Assembly: GCA_035544875.1 (NCBI GenBank)
Contig: DASZZP010000038.1
Location: 64,147-128,146 of the forward strand
From: Thermoanaerobaculia bacterium
GTDB lineage: Bacteria > Acidobacteriota > Thermoanaerobaculia > Multivoradales > UBA5704
Reading direction: 5' to 3'
Length of the DNA stretch: 64,000 nt
In this document: one piece after another, positions 27,631-37,275 of the stretch
Layout: the number at the start of each line of letters is the position of its first letter
Numbering within the stretch: the first letter of the stretch is position 1
Program-made: the position numbers and the translations under genes
Notes under the pieces: generated by a model
Database searches by the model: none
Told to the model about the DNA's origin: nothing
What the model saw: the letters and a program-made list of their open reading frames with translations, nothing else

Positions 27631-28407
27631 ATGCGACGCGAGCTCTCGGCTACCCTGCTCGCCGGTCTCCTCGCGATCATCTCGGTCGGCGCCGCCGGCT
27701 GGCCCGTGGCCGCGGCGGCGCAGGCGGTCAAGCCGGTCGACGAAACCCTCCTGGTGCCGGCCAAGGAGCTCTCCGACTACCTTCTGCAGAACATGATCGG
27801 GATCGCCGCCGTCTCGGTCGGGCTGGGAGCCGACGAGCAGGAGGAGACGCCGACCATCTATACCCTGGATGGCGACCGTCTCATCCCCTCTGGCAAGATC
27901 TTCCTGCGCGGAACTCGCCCGATCAGCACCTATCGGGTGGGCACCAGTCCGATCGTCAACCTGAGCCGCGCGGTGGTGCGGCGCTATCCGGCTCTCGAGC
28001 ACCGGGGGAGCTACGTTCGCGTCGCCCTCGATCCGAGCGGCCAGCGAAGCGAGTGGCTGCGCCTCACCCCGGAAGGGGCGTTTCCCGGCAGCGTCGACTT
28101 CGTCGACTTCGGCGACGCCAGCAGCTTTCGCTGCTACCAGCTCGATCTCTTCTATTTCAACGGCAGCGGCGAGCGGAAGCTCTTCGAACGGCCGGAGAAG
28201 AACGCGCCCTCCCGGCCCATCTCATCTACCCCCGGCAAGCCAGGCTATGTCGCGGGCGACATCGTGCCCCTGCAGCGCAAGGGCAACTTCTTCGAGATCG
28301 CCGCGGTCGCCGGCATGAACGACCCCAAGACCCCGATCGGCTGGGTCGAGCTCAAGGACCCGAGCGGCAAGCTCACCATCTGGTTCACCCCCGGCCCCGA
28401 CTGCTAG
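27631..28407 (+). CDS. Secreted hypothetical protein (258 aa)
   Basis: The signal peptide is MRRELSATLLAGLLAIISVGAAGWPVAAAAQA and the sequence is protein-like. The upstream part of the track ORF is an artefact. Confidence 0.65.
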   Translation: MRRELSATLLAGLLAIISVGAAGWPVAAAAQAVKPVDETLLVPAKELSDYLLQNMIGIAAVSVGLGADEQEETPTIYTLDGDRLIPSGKIFLRGTRPISTYRVGTSPIVNLSRAVVRRYPALEHRGSYVRVALDPSGQRSEWLRLTPEGAFPGSVDFVDFGDASSFRCYQLDLFYFNGSGERKLFERPEKNAPSRPISSTPGKPGYVAGDIVPLQRKGNFFEIAAVAGMNDPKTPIGWVELKDPSGKLTIWFTPGPDC

Positions 28408-28445
28408 GAATAATGATGCGAACCTCTGAGACGGGTCACTAGCGG

Positions 28446-29036
28446 TCAGTTCGTCTCACCGATCCGTCGGGGCAGCATCACCACGCTCTCACCAGGTTCA
28501 ATGATGTGGGCGTGCTGACTGCGGACCTCGTGAAGCTGAGCAGCCTGCTTGTAGAAATTGCCAATCGCGTAGCCGCACAGCAGCGCGAAACCATGCGTGA
28601 AGGCGAGCTTGTTCCAGAGCATTTCGAGACGAATTGCCGCGTCCTTCCTCTCCTGCTTCCACAGGACATCGACCATCTCGCCGTAGGCGCGCAGAACGGC
28701 CTGCGGACGGTCGCCGAGAATCCGCTGAATCACGCCCCCTACGTTGGCTTCAAAGGCGTTCGGGTCCGGGAAGTCGCCGACCATGAACAGGCCAAGGGTC
28801 TCAGCGGCATCGAGGACCGTCAGGTCGCAGCCGCTGCACGCCTTCTCCACATTGATGAGACGCGCTTCCAACCGGTCGAGGAGCGCCGCCCTGTGCGATG
28901 GAGTTGCAATGATGAGCGCCGGCTGCCCAGCGATCAGCCCCTCGCTGAGGAAACTGGAGACTGTCTTGAACAGGTCTTCCTCATCCCCGTAGAACTGGAC
29001 GGCGTGATGGTGGTCGACGGTAGGCTGATCAGTCAT
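28446..29036 (-). CDS. MEDS-domain protein (methanogen/methylotroph DcmR sensory domain)
   Basis: HAVQFYGDEEDLFKTVSSFLSEGLIAGQPALII is the MEDS N-terminal signature. Confidence 0.7.
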   Translation of the reverse strand: MTDQPTVDHHHAVQFYGDEEDLFKTVSSFLSEGLIAGQPALIIATPSHRAALLDRLEARLINVEKACSGCDLTVLDAAETLGLFMVGDFPDPNAFEANVGGVIQRILGDRPQAVLRAYGEMVDVLWKQERKDAAIRLEMLWNKLAFTHGFALLCGYAIGNFYKQAAQLHEVRSQHAHIIEPGESVVMLPRRIGETN

Positions 29037-29088
29037 CTGGAACCTCCAAGTAGACCCAAGAGTGTAAGCAAGAACACTGCCAAAAGGA

Positions 29089-31407
29089 TCAGGAGAAACG
29101 CTCTCCCAGGCGCTCGATCACCTGGGCAAGATCGGGCACCGTGGTCAGCACCGGCGCCAGAGGGTCCTCGCGCAGCCGGCGCAGGCGGGCGGGGACGGTG
29201 GCCAGAGTGAAGGCGCGCACGTCGAGGCGCGCGCCGACCTCGCGCCAGGTGAGGGGGGTCGAGACCGGGGCACCGGGGAAGGGGCGTACGGAGAACGGTG
29301 CGGCGAGCAGCTTGCCGCGGCCGTTTTGCAGGGCGTCGACGTAGACCCGGCCGCCGCGGGCCGGGATCGCCCGGACGGTGGTGGCGATGCGCGGCAGGCG
29401 GGCGACGACGAGCCGTGCCAGGAGCTCGGCGAGCTGGCGCGACTGTTCGTGGTCGAACTGTCCCCCGAGGGGCAAGAGGACATGCAGGCCGCTGCCGCCG
29501 CTGGTCTTGATGAAGGCGGTGAGGCCGATCTCCTCGCACAGCTCGTGGATCTCGCGGGCGATGTGGATGACGTCGGCGAAGGGCGCTCCCTTCGGATCGA
29601 GGTCCAGGATGCACCAGTCCGGCCGCTCAAGGGCGGCGAAGCGGCTCGACCAGATGTGGAGCGGGATGGCGCCGAGGTTGACCAGGGTGAGCAGCGATTC
29701 GACGCTGTCGCCGAGGAAGGCGTCGATCGTGCGCTCCCCGGCCTCGCCCTGCAGCCGCACGCTGCGCAGGCCGGCGCGGGAGGCTGCGTGGAGCGTCTCG
29801 GCGCTCTTCTGGAAAAACGACTTGCCGGCGATGCCGTCAGGATAGCGGTCAAGGACCAGCGGCCGGTCGCGCAAGTAGGCCAGCAGCCAGGGGCTGACGG
29901 CGTAGTAGTAGCGGGCGAGATCGCCCTTGGTGTAGCCCTCGTCGGGCCAGAACACCTTTCCCGGCCGCACCAGCTCGATCGGCAGCTCGCCCGTCGCATT
30001 CGAGCCCGGCACCGCTGGAGCCTGCCCCTCGCGCCCCCCACGCCCGCCGGACCCGCCACCCCGCACCGCTGCGCGGCCCGGACTCTCTCCGCCGACCGTG
30101 CCACGACCGGCCGGGACACCTCCCGCCGCCCCTCCCGGTTCTGCCGCGCGGCCCGCGCGCCGCCGGCCGGCGGCGCTCTTCCTCACCGCTGGCGGCGCCG
30201 ATGCCCCTGACTCCACCTGCGGCACCGATCCAGGGGTCGGCTCTCGCTCTTCCTCCGGAGCGGCCGCGTCCAGATCTTCGGGATGCCGGCAGTCTTGCGC
30301 CCTCTTGTCGTCGCGCAGGCGCAGGAAGATCGGTTGGCGCAGGCTGCCGCCTTCGGTCCACTCCTTGTAGCGGACTTCGCAGACCAGCTCGGGAGCGACC
30401 CAGACCGTCGACCGGTCCGCCCGCGCCGTGTCGCCGCGCAGCCCGAGGGCGGCCGGCTGGCGCCGGCGGGCGCTGGCGAGCCGGGCGGCGATCGCGGCGC
30501 GGGTCGCGCCGTTCCAGCCGCTGCCGACGCTGCCGGCATAGAGCAGACCGCCAGGGGTGTGGACCGCCATCTGCAAGGCCCGCAGGTCGCCGGACGCGGC
30601 CATCACGAAGCCGACCACCGCGAAGTCGCCGCTCCGGTCGACCCGGATCTTCTGCCAGTCGGCCGAGCGCCCGGCCTGGTAAGGGGAGTCGGCGCGCTTT
30701 GCCATGATCCCCTCGAGGCCCAGCCCCGCGACCGCCGCGAATAGCTCTTCGCCGCGCTCGGGCAGCTCGTCGACATAGCGCAGCGTCCCCCCGCCCTCGC
30801 CCGTCGCCAGCACCTGGCGCAGCGCCGACTTGCGGGCCGCGAGCGGCAGCGGCCGCAGATCGAAACCCGCGCAGGCCAGCAGATCGAAGGTGAAGAGGGT
30901 CGCCGGCGCGGCGGCCGCCGCCCGCGATGTGTCGGCGCCCGGTTGGCGCAGCGCCCGCTGCTGCAGCAGGCCGAAGCTCGGCCGAAAGGCCGCGTCCAAG
31001 ACCACAACTTCGCCGTCGACGACGAGGTCCGGGAAGGGCAGCTCGGTCACCGCGGCCACCAGCTCCGGGAAGAGCTGCGTGGCGTCGCGGCCGCTCCTGT
31101 AGAGCAGGCGCACTCTCCCGGCATCCTTGCCGGCGAGCATGCGGAAGCCGTCGTACTTGAGCTCGAACCACCAGCCGGGACCGCTGAACGGCCGCTCGCG
31201 GGTCTCGGCCTGCATGGGCACGACCTCGGCGACGTTGACCGCCAGGCGCGGCGCGCCCAGCCGGGTCAGCAGGCGGCGCAGCTCGGGGGCCGAGCCGGCC
31301 GCCGGCGCTCCAGCACCGCCGGCAGCGCCAACGCCGGCAGCGGCGCCGCCGGCGCGGCGGCCGCCGCCGCTCGGGGTTGCGTCCTGTCGTTTCTTTCCGC
31401 GCGCCAT
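29089..31407 (-). CDS. ligD: ATP-dependent DNA ligase LigD (ligase domain plus C-terminal polymerase/primase domain)
   Basis: ELKYDGFR is the adenylation Lys motif, and ligase motifs III-V follow (LEGIMAKR). The C-terminal LigD-Pol domain includes GKSFFQK, FIKTSGGSGLHV and YVDALQNGRGK. An alternative start at the Met at 31215 has a better RBS. Confidence 0.85.
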   Translation of the reverse strand: MARGKKRQDATPSGGGRRAGGAAAGVGAAGGAGAPAAGSAPELRRLLTRLGAPRLAVNVAEVVPMQAETRERPFSGPGWWFELKYDGFRMLAGKDAGRVRLLYRSGRDATQLFPELVAAVTELPFPDLVVDGEVVVLDAAFRPSFGLLQQRALRQPGADTSRAAAAAPATLFTFDLLACAGFDLRPLPLAARKSALRQVLATGEGGGTLRYVDELPERGEELFAAVAGLGLEGIMAKRADSPYQAGRSADWQKIRVDRSGDFAVVGFVMAASGDLRALQMAVHTPGGLLYAGSVGSGWNGATRAAIAARLASARRRQPAALGLRGDTARADRSTVWVAPELVCEVRYKEWTEGGSLRQPIFLRLRDDKRAQDCRHPEDLDAAAPEEEREPTPGSVPQVESGASAPPAVRKSAAGRRRAGRAAEPGGAAGGVPAGRGTVGGESPGRAAVRGGGSGGRGGREGQAPAVPGSNATGELPIELVRPGKVFWPDEGYTKGDLARYYYAVSPWLLAYLRDRPLVLDRYPDGIAGKSFFQKSAETLHAASRAGLRSVRLQGEAGERTIDAFLGDSVESLLTLVNLGAIPLHIWSSRFAALERPDWCILDLDPKGAPFADVIHIAREIHELCEEIGLTAFIKTSGGSGLHVLLPLGGQFDHEQSRQLAELLARLVVARLPRIATTVRAIPARGGRVYVDALQNGRGKLLAAPFSVRPFPGAPVSTPLTWREVGARLDVRAFTLATVPARLRRLREDPLAPVLTTVPDLAQVIERLGERFS

Positions 31408-31441
31408 CGAAAAACCGCGTAAGGAATGGTATATTAGCCGA

Positions 31442-32515
31442 ATGAGCGCGCGACCCTTCGCTTCAGGAATGGTTTCTTTCGGCCTGGTCACGATCCCGGT
31501 GAAACTTTACTCGACGGGTGAAGCCGCGGCGGGCATCCAGCTCAACATGCTGCACAGCAAGTGCGGCACACGGCTCAAGCAACAGTATGTCTGCCCGACC
31601 GATGACGAAATCGTTGGAAGAGAGGAAATGGTGAAAGGCTATGAATACGCCAAGGGCCAGTATGTCCTCTTTTCCGAAGAAGAGCTGAAAGCGCTCAACC
31701 GCGAGGCGACCAACACCATCGAGATCGCCGAGTTCGTGCCCATCGAGGAGGTCGACCCGATCTACTTCGAGAAATCGTATTACCTGGGTCCGGACAAGGG
31801 CGGCGAGCGTCCGTACCGCCTGCTCGCCGAAGCGATGAAGACCACCTCGCGCGCGGCGCTGGCGCGCTATGCCGCGCGCGGCAAGGATTATCTGGTTCTG
31901 ATCCGCCCCTTCGAGGAAGGGCTCATCATGCAGCAGCTCCGTTATCACGACGAGCTGCGCTCGTTCTCCGAAGTGCCGATCGCTCCGGCCGAGGTCCGCG
32001 AGCCGGAGCTCAAGCTTGCCATCCAGATCATCGATCAGATCGCCACCGACCGCTTCGACCCCGCGGCTTACGAGGACCAGGTCAGGAAGCAGACGCGCGA
32101 GCTGATCGACAAGAAGGTGGCCGGCCAGGAGATCACCGCCGCCCCCGTCGAGGCGCCGAAGGCGCAGATCATCGACCTCATGGCGGCGCTCAAGGCCAGC
32201 CTGTCCTCCGGGAGCGCTGTGGGCAAGCCGTCGCGCCGCGCGGCCCGGTCCGCCGCCAGCCGTCCAGCCCGCGCCACCCTCGCGACCAGCGCCAGCGTGG
32301 AGCCGGCCCCCGCGGCCGCACCGTCCCGCGCCGCCGCCGCCGCAGCGACATCGCGCTCCACGGGTTCGCAACGTGGCGCGCGCTCTGCGCAGTCCCGGCC
32401 CAAGGCGGCGGCCACCGCCGACCGCAAGCCGCCGCACCCTTCCCCGCGCCAGTCGCTGCGCGAGGCCCCCGTCACGGCGCCTTCCCTGACCAGGAAGCGA
32501 GATTCGAAGCGCTGA
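31442..32515 (+). CDS. ku: Ku end-binding protein (NHEJ) with a basic C-terminal tail
   Basis: MVSFGLVTIPVKLYS...YEYAKGQYV is the Ku core. It is divergent from ligD with only 34 bp between the two start codons. The TATATT -10-like box abuts the ATG, so the mRNA may be leaderless. Confidence 0.9.
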   Translation: MSARPFASGMVSFGLVTIPVKLYSTGEAAAGIQLNMLHSKCGTRLKQQYVCPTDDEIVGREEMVKGYEYAKGQYVLFSEEELKALNREATNTIEIAEFVPIEEVDPIYFEKSYYLGPDKGGERPYRLLAEAMKTTSRAALARYAARGKDYLVLIRPFEEGLIMQQLRYHDELRSFSEVPIAPAEVREPELKLAIQIIDQIATDRFDPAAYEDQVRKQTRELIDKKVAGQEITAAPVEAPKAQIIDLMAALKASLSSGSAVGKPSRRAARSAASRPARATLATSASVEPAPAAAPSRAAAAAATSRSTGSQRGARSAQSRPKAAATADRKPPHPSPRQSLREAPVTAPSLTRKRDSKR

Positions 32516-32551
32516 CGTCCGGCTGAACGCTCGCGGAGTAGACTGAGGGCG

Positions 32552-33433
32552 ATGGATCGCCCTTCAGCTCGCGGCGGCTATTCGATGCGCGAGGTGGCGG
32601 CCCTGCTGGGCCTGACCGCGGCGCAAATCCGCTCCTATGTGCGCGCCGGCTTCGTCTCTCCCGAGATGGGGCCGCGCGGCGAGCTGCTCTTCTCGTTCCA
32701 GGACCTGGTGCTGCTGCGCACCGCCAAGGCTCTCGCCGCGGCACGCATTCCGCTCCGCCGCATCCGCATCGCGCTCGAGAACCTGCAGGAGCAGCTGCCG
32801 CAGGGGCAGCCGCTGACCGGGGTGCGCATCTCGGCGCAAGGGCACCATGTGGTGGCGCGCGATGGCGGCGAGGCGTGGCACCCCGAGTCGGGCCAGACGC
32901 TGCTCGATTTCGAGGTCGCGGAGCTCGAACGCCAGGCGGCCGCGCTCGGTCCCCACCTCGCCGCCGTCCCTCCGCTTGCCTCCGCCGCCGCGGCGCCTGC
33001 CCCGCTGCAGGAGACGGCCAGCGCCGCCGACTGGTACGAGCGCGGCGTCGAGCTCGAGGACGAGGCCCCGCTCGAGGCGGTCCAGGCCTACCGGCAGGCT
33101 CTCGAGCTCGCGCCCGGGCTCGCCGACGCCCACCTCAACCTGGGCCGCCTGCTGCACGAGAGGGGCGACGTGCCGGCCGCCGAACGCCACTACCGCCAGG
33201 CCCTCGGCGCGCGGCCGGGCGACGCGGTAGCCGCCTACAACCTGGGCGTCGCCTTGCAGGACCTCGGGCGGCTACGGGAGGCGGCCGTCGCCTACGAGGA
33301 GGCGCTCGTCAGCGACGAGAGCCTGGCCGACGCCCACTTCAACCTGAGCGGCGTCTACGAGGAGCTGGGCGAGCGCGCCGCCGCCTTCCGGCACCTGAAG
33401 ATTTTCCGCGCTCTCCTCGGCGGCACGCAGTAG
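32552..33433 (+). CDS. MerR-type HTH plus TPR-repeat protein
   Basis: YSMREVAALLGLTAAQIRSYVRAGFV is a MerR HTH. The C-terminal part carries TPR repeats (AYRQALELAPGLADAHLNLG..., AYNLGVAL..). Confidence 0.7.
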   Translation: MDRPSARGGYSMREVAALLGLTAAQIRSYVRAGFVSPEMGPRGELLFSFQDLVLLRTAKALAAARIPLRRIRIALENLQEQLPQGQPLTGVRISAQGHHVVARDGGEAWHPESGQTLLDFEVAELERQAAALGPHLAAVPPLASAAAAPAPLQETASAADWYERGVELEDEAPLEAVQAYRQALELAPGLADAHLNLGRLLHERGDVPAAERHYRQALGARPGDAVAAYNLGVALQDLGRLREAAVAYEEALVSDESLADAHFNLSGVYEELGERAAAFRHLKIFRALLGGTQ

Positions 33434-33445
33434 CTCGGCCGCCGC

Positions 33446-35590
33446 CTATTGCGCATCCTTGGCCGCCGAGGCTCCGGCGGCTGCAGAGGTCTCGCCTGCC
33501 GTGGCGGGGGGCTCGGCCGCGCCGCCGCCTGGAGGCGCGCCGGGTGCCGCGGCACCGGCACCGGATTCCGCCTCCCAGGGCTCGCGCGCCGCCGCTCCGG
33601 CGCCGGCCGGTCCGCCTGCACCGGCGGCCGCTCCCGCCTCGGCCCCGCCTGCACCGGCGGCCGCGCCGCCCGCGGCGACTGCCGGCTCGGCTGCTCCTGC
33701 TGCGCCGCTGCCCACCGCGGAAGCGTCGCCAACCTCCGGCGTCGCCAGAGGCGCCAGCGCGGGCGCGGCCGTCGCCTGCTCCACCGGCCGGGGCTCGGCG
33801 ACCGGCTCCACCGGCCGCGCCTCCTCGAGAGACCGCTCCGCCTCGGCAGACCGTCCCGACCTGGGGGATCGTTCCGACTTGCGTAGCCGCTCCGCGGAGG
33901 AAGAGCGCTTGGCCTTACGAGGCCGTTCCGCCCTTGGCGCCCGCTCCGCCGCCGCGCGGTTTGCCTGCCCGCCCGCCGCCTCGGCCCGCATCGCCTCCAC
34001 GCTGGCTGGCTTCGCCTTCGCCCTTCCGGCCTTCGCTCTTGCCTTCACTGCCTTCGCCCTCCCGGCTCTCGCTCTCGCCTTCTCGGGCTTCGGCTTCGCT
34101 CCTCCGGCCTTCGCCTTCACCCTTCCAGCCTTCGCCCTCACCCTTCCGGCCTTCGCCTTCACCTTCCTGGGCTTCGCCTTGGCCTTGGCGGCTTTCGCCT
34201 TCGCCTTGTCGGGCTTGGCCTTCGTCTTGGGCCCTGCCTTCGCCTTCCCCGCTTTTTCCTTCGCCTTTACTTTTTCAGGCTTGGCCGCAGTATCCGCGGT
34301 TCTTGTCTTGGTCTTGCTGGATTTCGCCTTCGCCAGCGAGGCGCTCTCCCCGGCCTCGAGCTCCGGGAAGTGCCGCACTCCTCCCGAGCGGCGGGCCGGC
34401 TGCGCCCCTGCGGACAAACCCTGCCTGGCCGCCTTCTTGTTCACGACCCGCTCCTCGCCTTTCTTCTTCGGCTTGGCCGCCGGCAGCGACTCGGGCACCG
34501 GCCGCTCGCGCCACGCGTTCCAGTCTTCCTTCACCGCCTCCAGCATCTGCCAGGCGGCACGGTGCAGCCAGCCGCTCTCGCGCGAGGCGAGGTCGACCAG
34601 CAGGGCGTGCGCGGTGCGGCTGCCGAGGTGGATGTTGGCGGTCTCCCATCCCATGGCTTCGAGCAGGCGGATCTCGTCGCGCTCCTTCGGGAGCTCGTGG
34701 AGCTCGATGCGCGTGCAGTCGGGCGCCAGCCGGCGCACCATCCAGCGCCTCCTCAGCTTCACCCAGGGATCGACGCTACGGATGGCCTTGTCGACGATCA
34801 TCTGGTAGAGGATCTTCGTCTCGCCCTCGCCGCCATGCGCCCACACCGCGGCCGAGGGCGCCAGCGCCTTGGCTTCGCGCGCGATCCTTCCCCCCTGCCA
34901 CTCGGCCAGCGCCACGAAGCGCTGCCTCCCCAGGCTGCCGAGGCCGGCGACCCGGTGCACGATGCGGCGCGGCAAGTCGGGCCTGGGAAGCATCTCGGAG
35001 AGCGCCTGGACCGCCTTGGGCGGCACGTCGCCCTTGAGCTTGGGAATGCTCTCCATCTTGTGCCAGAAATCCCCCGGATCGGCCAGCCGGTGAACCGCCA
35101 TGTGGCGCAGCGCTTTCCAACGCTCGGCGAGGACCAGCGCCTTGCCGCCCGCCTCGAGGGCCGCCTGGTAGCCGCGCAGGATCGCTTCGTCGGCCTCTTT
35201 GGCCGAGATGCGGACCAGCTGGCTGCTCTCCACCGCCAGATGAGCGCTGGTGGCGACGCGAACCAGGTCGTGGACATAGGGCAGCCGGCAGGTCTCGTCG
35301 AAATCGTTGATACCCCAGACCAGGCGTCCCTCGGCGTCGCGCCAGGTGCCGAAGTTCTCGATGTGCAGGTCGCCGACCGCCAGCACCTCGGGCGCTCCGG
35401 CGAGGTCGCTGCAAACCTCGGGGAAGATCTGGGCCCAGCGGTAGTAGGTGGCGCGCAGGAAGGGGAAGGCCGCCTGGCTCATCCGCTGGTGCTTGAGGTC
35501 GAGGTCGGCGCGGATCAGGAAGAGCTGCTCGCCAAGCCAGCTTTCATAGGACTTCGTCGCCTGTTGGATCGTCATGCGAGGGGAGCTCAT
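33446..35590 (-). CDS. DUF2252-domain protein with a long C-terminal Lys/Ala-rich (histone H1-like) low-complexity tail
   Basis: The N-terminal 400 aa have DUF2252 motifs (ATYYRWAQIFP, VGDLHIENFGTWRD.EGRLVWGINDFDE). The tail is AKAKAKPRKVKAKAGRVRAKAGRVKAKAGG.... Confidence 0.75.
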   Translation of the reverse strand: MSSPRMTIQQATKSYESWLGEQLFLIRADLDLKHQRMSQAAFPFLRATYYRWAQIFPEVCSDLAGAPEVLAVGDLHIENFGTWRDAEGRLVWGINDFDETCRLPYVHDLVRVATSAHLAVESSQLVRISAKEADEAILRGYQAALEAGGKALVLAERWKALRHMAVHRLADPGDFWHKMESIPKLKGDVPPKAVQALSEMLPRPDLPRRIVHRVAGLGSLGRQRFVALAEWQGGRIAREAKALAPSAAVWAHGGEGETKILYQMIVDKAIRSVDPWVKLRRRWMVRRLAPDCTRIELHELPKERDEIRLLEAMGWETANIHLGSRTAHALLVDLASRESGWLHRAAWQMLEAVKEDWNAWRERPVPESLPAAKPKKKGEERVVNKKAARQGLSAGAQPARRSGGVRHFPELEAGESASLAKAKSSKTKTRTADTAAKPEKVKAKEKAGKAKAGPKTKAKPDKAKAKAAKAKAKPRKVKAKAGRVRAKAGRVKAKAGGAKPKPEKARARAGRAKAVKARAKAGRAKAKPASVEAMRAEAAGGQANRAAAERAPRAERPRKAKRSSSAERLRKSERSPRSGRSAEAERSLEEARPVEPVAEPRPVEQATAAPALAPLATPEVGDASAVGSGAAGAAEPAVAAGGAAAGAGGAEAGAAAGAGGPAGAGAAAREPWEAESGAGAAAPGAPPGGGAAEPPATAGETSAAAGASAAKDAQ

Positions 35591-35724
35591 GGGTCCTCCG
35601 ATGACCTCCTGCCAACCGCCGGCGGGGTCGCGGCGTTGGCGTCAGCTACAGCGAGGACGGCGCCAGAGTATAGCGTGGCGATGTGACAGCGAACAGGCGG
35701 CGGCCCGCGCCCCCAGCACCCGGC

Positions 35725-37275
35725 TCAGCGCTCGTACGACGTTTCACGGTCGAGCACCGCCAGCGTCTGCTCATAGATCGAGTCCGCCTCCTCAGGGGTG
35801 TCGGCGATCGCGGTGACGCCCAGCTTGCCGAACTCGGACACCGCGCCGATCAGGTGGAAGAGGACCCCTGACTCCGAACCGAGGCTGTAGTGCAGCCGGT
35901 TGACGGTCAGGATCTCGATCAGGTCGTCCGGCAGCAGCCCGCGGTAGGCCTCCGACTGCAGGTTGTCGGTCGCGCGGTAGCACTTCGGGTGCCCGGTCGG
36001 GGTCCAGAACTGTCCGGTCGCGGCGTCGAGCGAGCCGCCGGTCAGGAACTGCAAGGCGAGGTAGGGGTGAGTGGTGCCGCCCATCCGCAGGTTGATCTCG
36101 AGCGCTGCCAGATTGAAGGGTTCGTCTGGCAGATCGCGCCAGATCAGGAAGTCGACCGCGAAGCGGCTCACCACGCCGCGCGCCGCCAGCACCCCGCCGA
36201 TCTTCACCCCGGCCTCCTGGATGCGCAGCCGGTAGGCGTCGCGGGCCGGGAAGCGGCAACCGAGGAAGATCTGCTCGGAGGCGCCGCCCAGGATCTGATC
36301 GTGCGAGGAGATCACCAGGACCTCGCCCTGCGGGCTGATCCGCAGCTGGACGCTGGGCGAGACTTTCTCGCGGCCGCCGATGAATTCCTCGACGATGCCG
36401 CCCATGGCGGCGAACTTCTCGAAGTAGCTGGCCGGGGTCTCGTCGTCGACCGAGAGCTCGAGCGCCCAGAGCGCCTCGTCGATCACCGGCCGCGAGGCGA
36501 CGCCTCCCGCCGCCGCCGCGGGCGGATAGCGAAAGATGGCGTTGCCCTCGCCCGAGAAGCTCTCGTCGAGCTTGATCACCGCCTTGCGCAGGCCGGGACG
36601 GCGGCGCCCGAGCTCGGCGAGCGCCCCGACCACGTCGCGCCGGTCGCGCAGGTCTTCGGCCCCTTCGGGCAGCGGCACGCCGGCCTCGCGGAAGACCTTG
36701 CGGCTGCCGGACTTGCTGCCGAGATGGGAGAGGCTCGGGTCGACGCCGTTCAACGGGATCCCGAGCAGCACCGCCAGCTGGCGCTCGAGAGGGGTGGAGT
36801 TGAAGACCGTGAGATAGGCCCGGGCAGGGTCCTGGATGCCGTCGCGGATGCGCTGGATCAGGCGCGGCCGGGCAAGGATCTTCTCGGTGAGTGAGCGCGG
36901 CGAGGCGTCGTACGCGCAGAGCAGGGTGAGCCGCGCCCGCGCGTGGCTCGCCGGGATGCCGGCCAGCAGCTGGAAATAGTACTCGAGGATCATCGGGTGG
37001 ACCGGCTGCGAGGTGACGTAGACCATGCGCGCCCGCGGGTTGCGCATCCGGATGAGCAGGAAGAGCAGGCGCTCCTCATAGAAGCTGGCCCCCGCCAGCT
37101 TCTCGAGCCCGCCGCGGTCGAGAGTCAGCGACGGCACCACGACCGAGGTGTGAGGTTCCTGATCGCGCAGGGTCAGCGCCTCCCAGACGTCCGCGAGCCG
37201 CGGCTTGAGCGCCTCGAAGGCGGCGATCTCCTGCTCCAGCGACAGCTCCCAGGGAAAGAGGGGCTTGCCGGTCAT
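35725..37275 (-). CDS. PGM1-like ATP-grasp peptide/amide ligase
   Basis: It has the pre-ATP-grasp N-domain (LFPWELSLEQEIAAFEALKP...) and an ATP-grasp core (VIKLDESFSGEGN, GGTTHPY). The true start is the Met at 37275, which overlaps the upstream stop as ATGA. Confidence 0.7.
   Translation of the reverse strand: MTGKPLFPWELSLEQEIAAFEALKPRLADVWEALTLRDQEPHTSVVVPSLTLDRGGLEKLAGASFYEERLLFLLIRMRNPRARMVYVTSQPVHPMILEYYFQLLAGIPASHARARLTLLCAYDASPRSLTEKILARPRLIQRIRDGIQDPARAYLTVFNSTPLERQLAVLLGIPLNGVDPSLSHLGSKSGSRKVFREAGVPLPEGAEDLRDRRDVVGALAELGRRRPGLRKAVIKLDESFSGEGNAIFRYPPAAAAGGVASRPVIDEALWALELSVDDETPASYFEKFAAMGGIVEEFIGGREKVSPSVQLRISPQGEVLVISSHDQILGGASEQIFLGCRFPARDAYRLRIQEAGVKIGGVLAARGVVSRFAVDFLIWRDLPDEPFNLAALEINLRMGGTTHPYLALQFLTGGSLDAATGQFWTPTGHPKCYRATDNLQSEAYRGLLPDDLIEILTVNRLHYSLGSESGVLFHLIGAVSEFGKLGVTAIADTPEEADSIYEQTLAVLDRETSYER

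Noticed and set aside
31127-31441. Upstream extension of the ku ORF
   Set aside because: The Ku N-terminus (MVSFGLVTIPVKLYS) begins at 31442. The extension overlaps ligD on the opposite strand and is Arg/Ala-rich junk.
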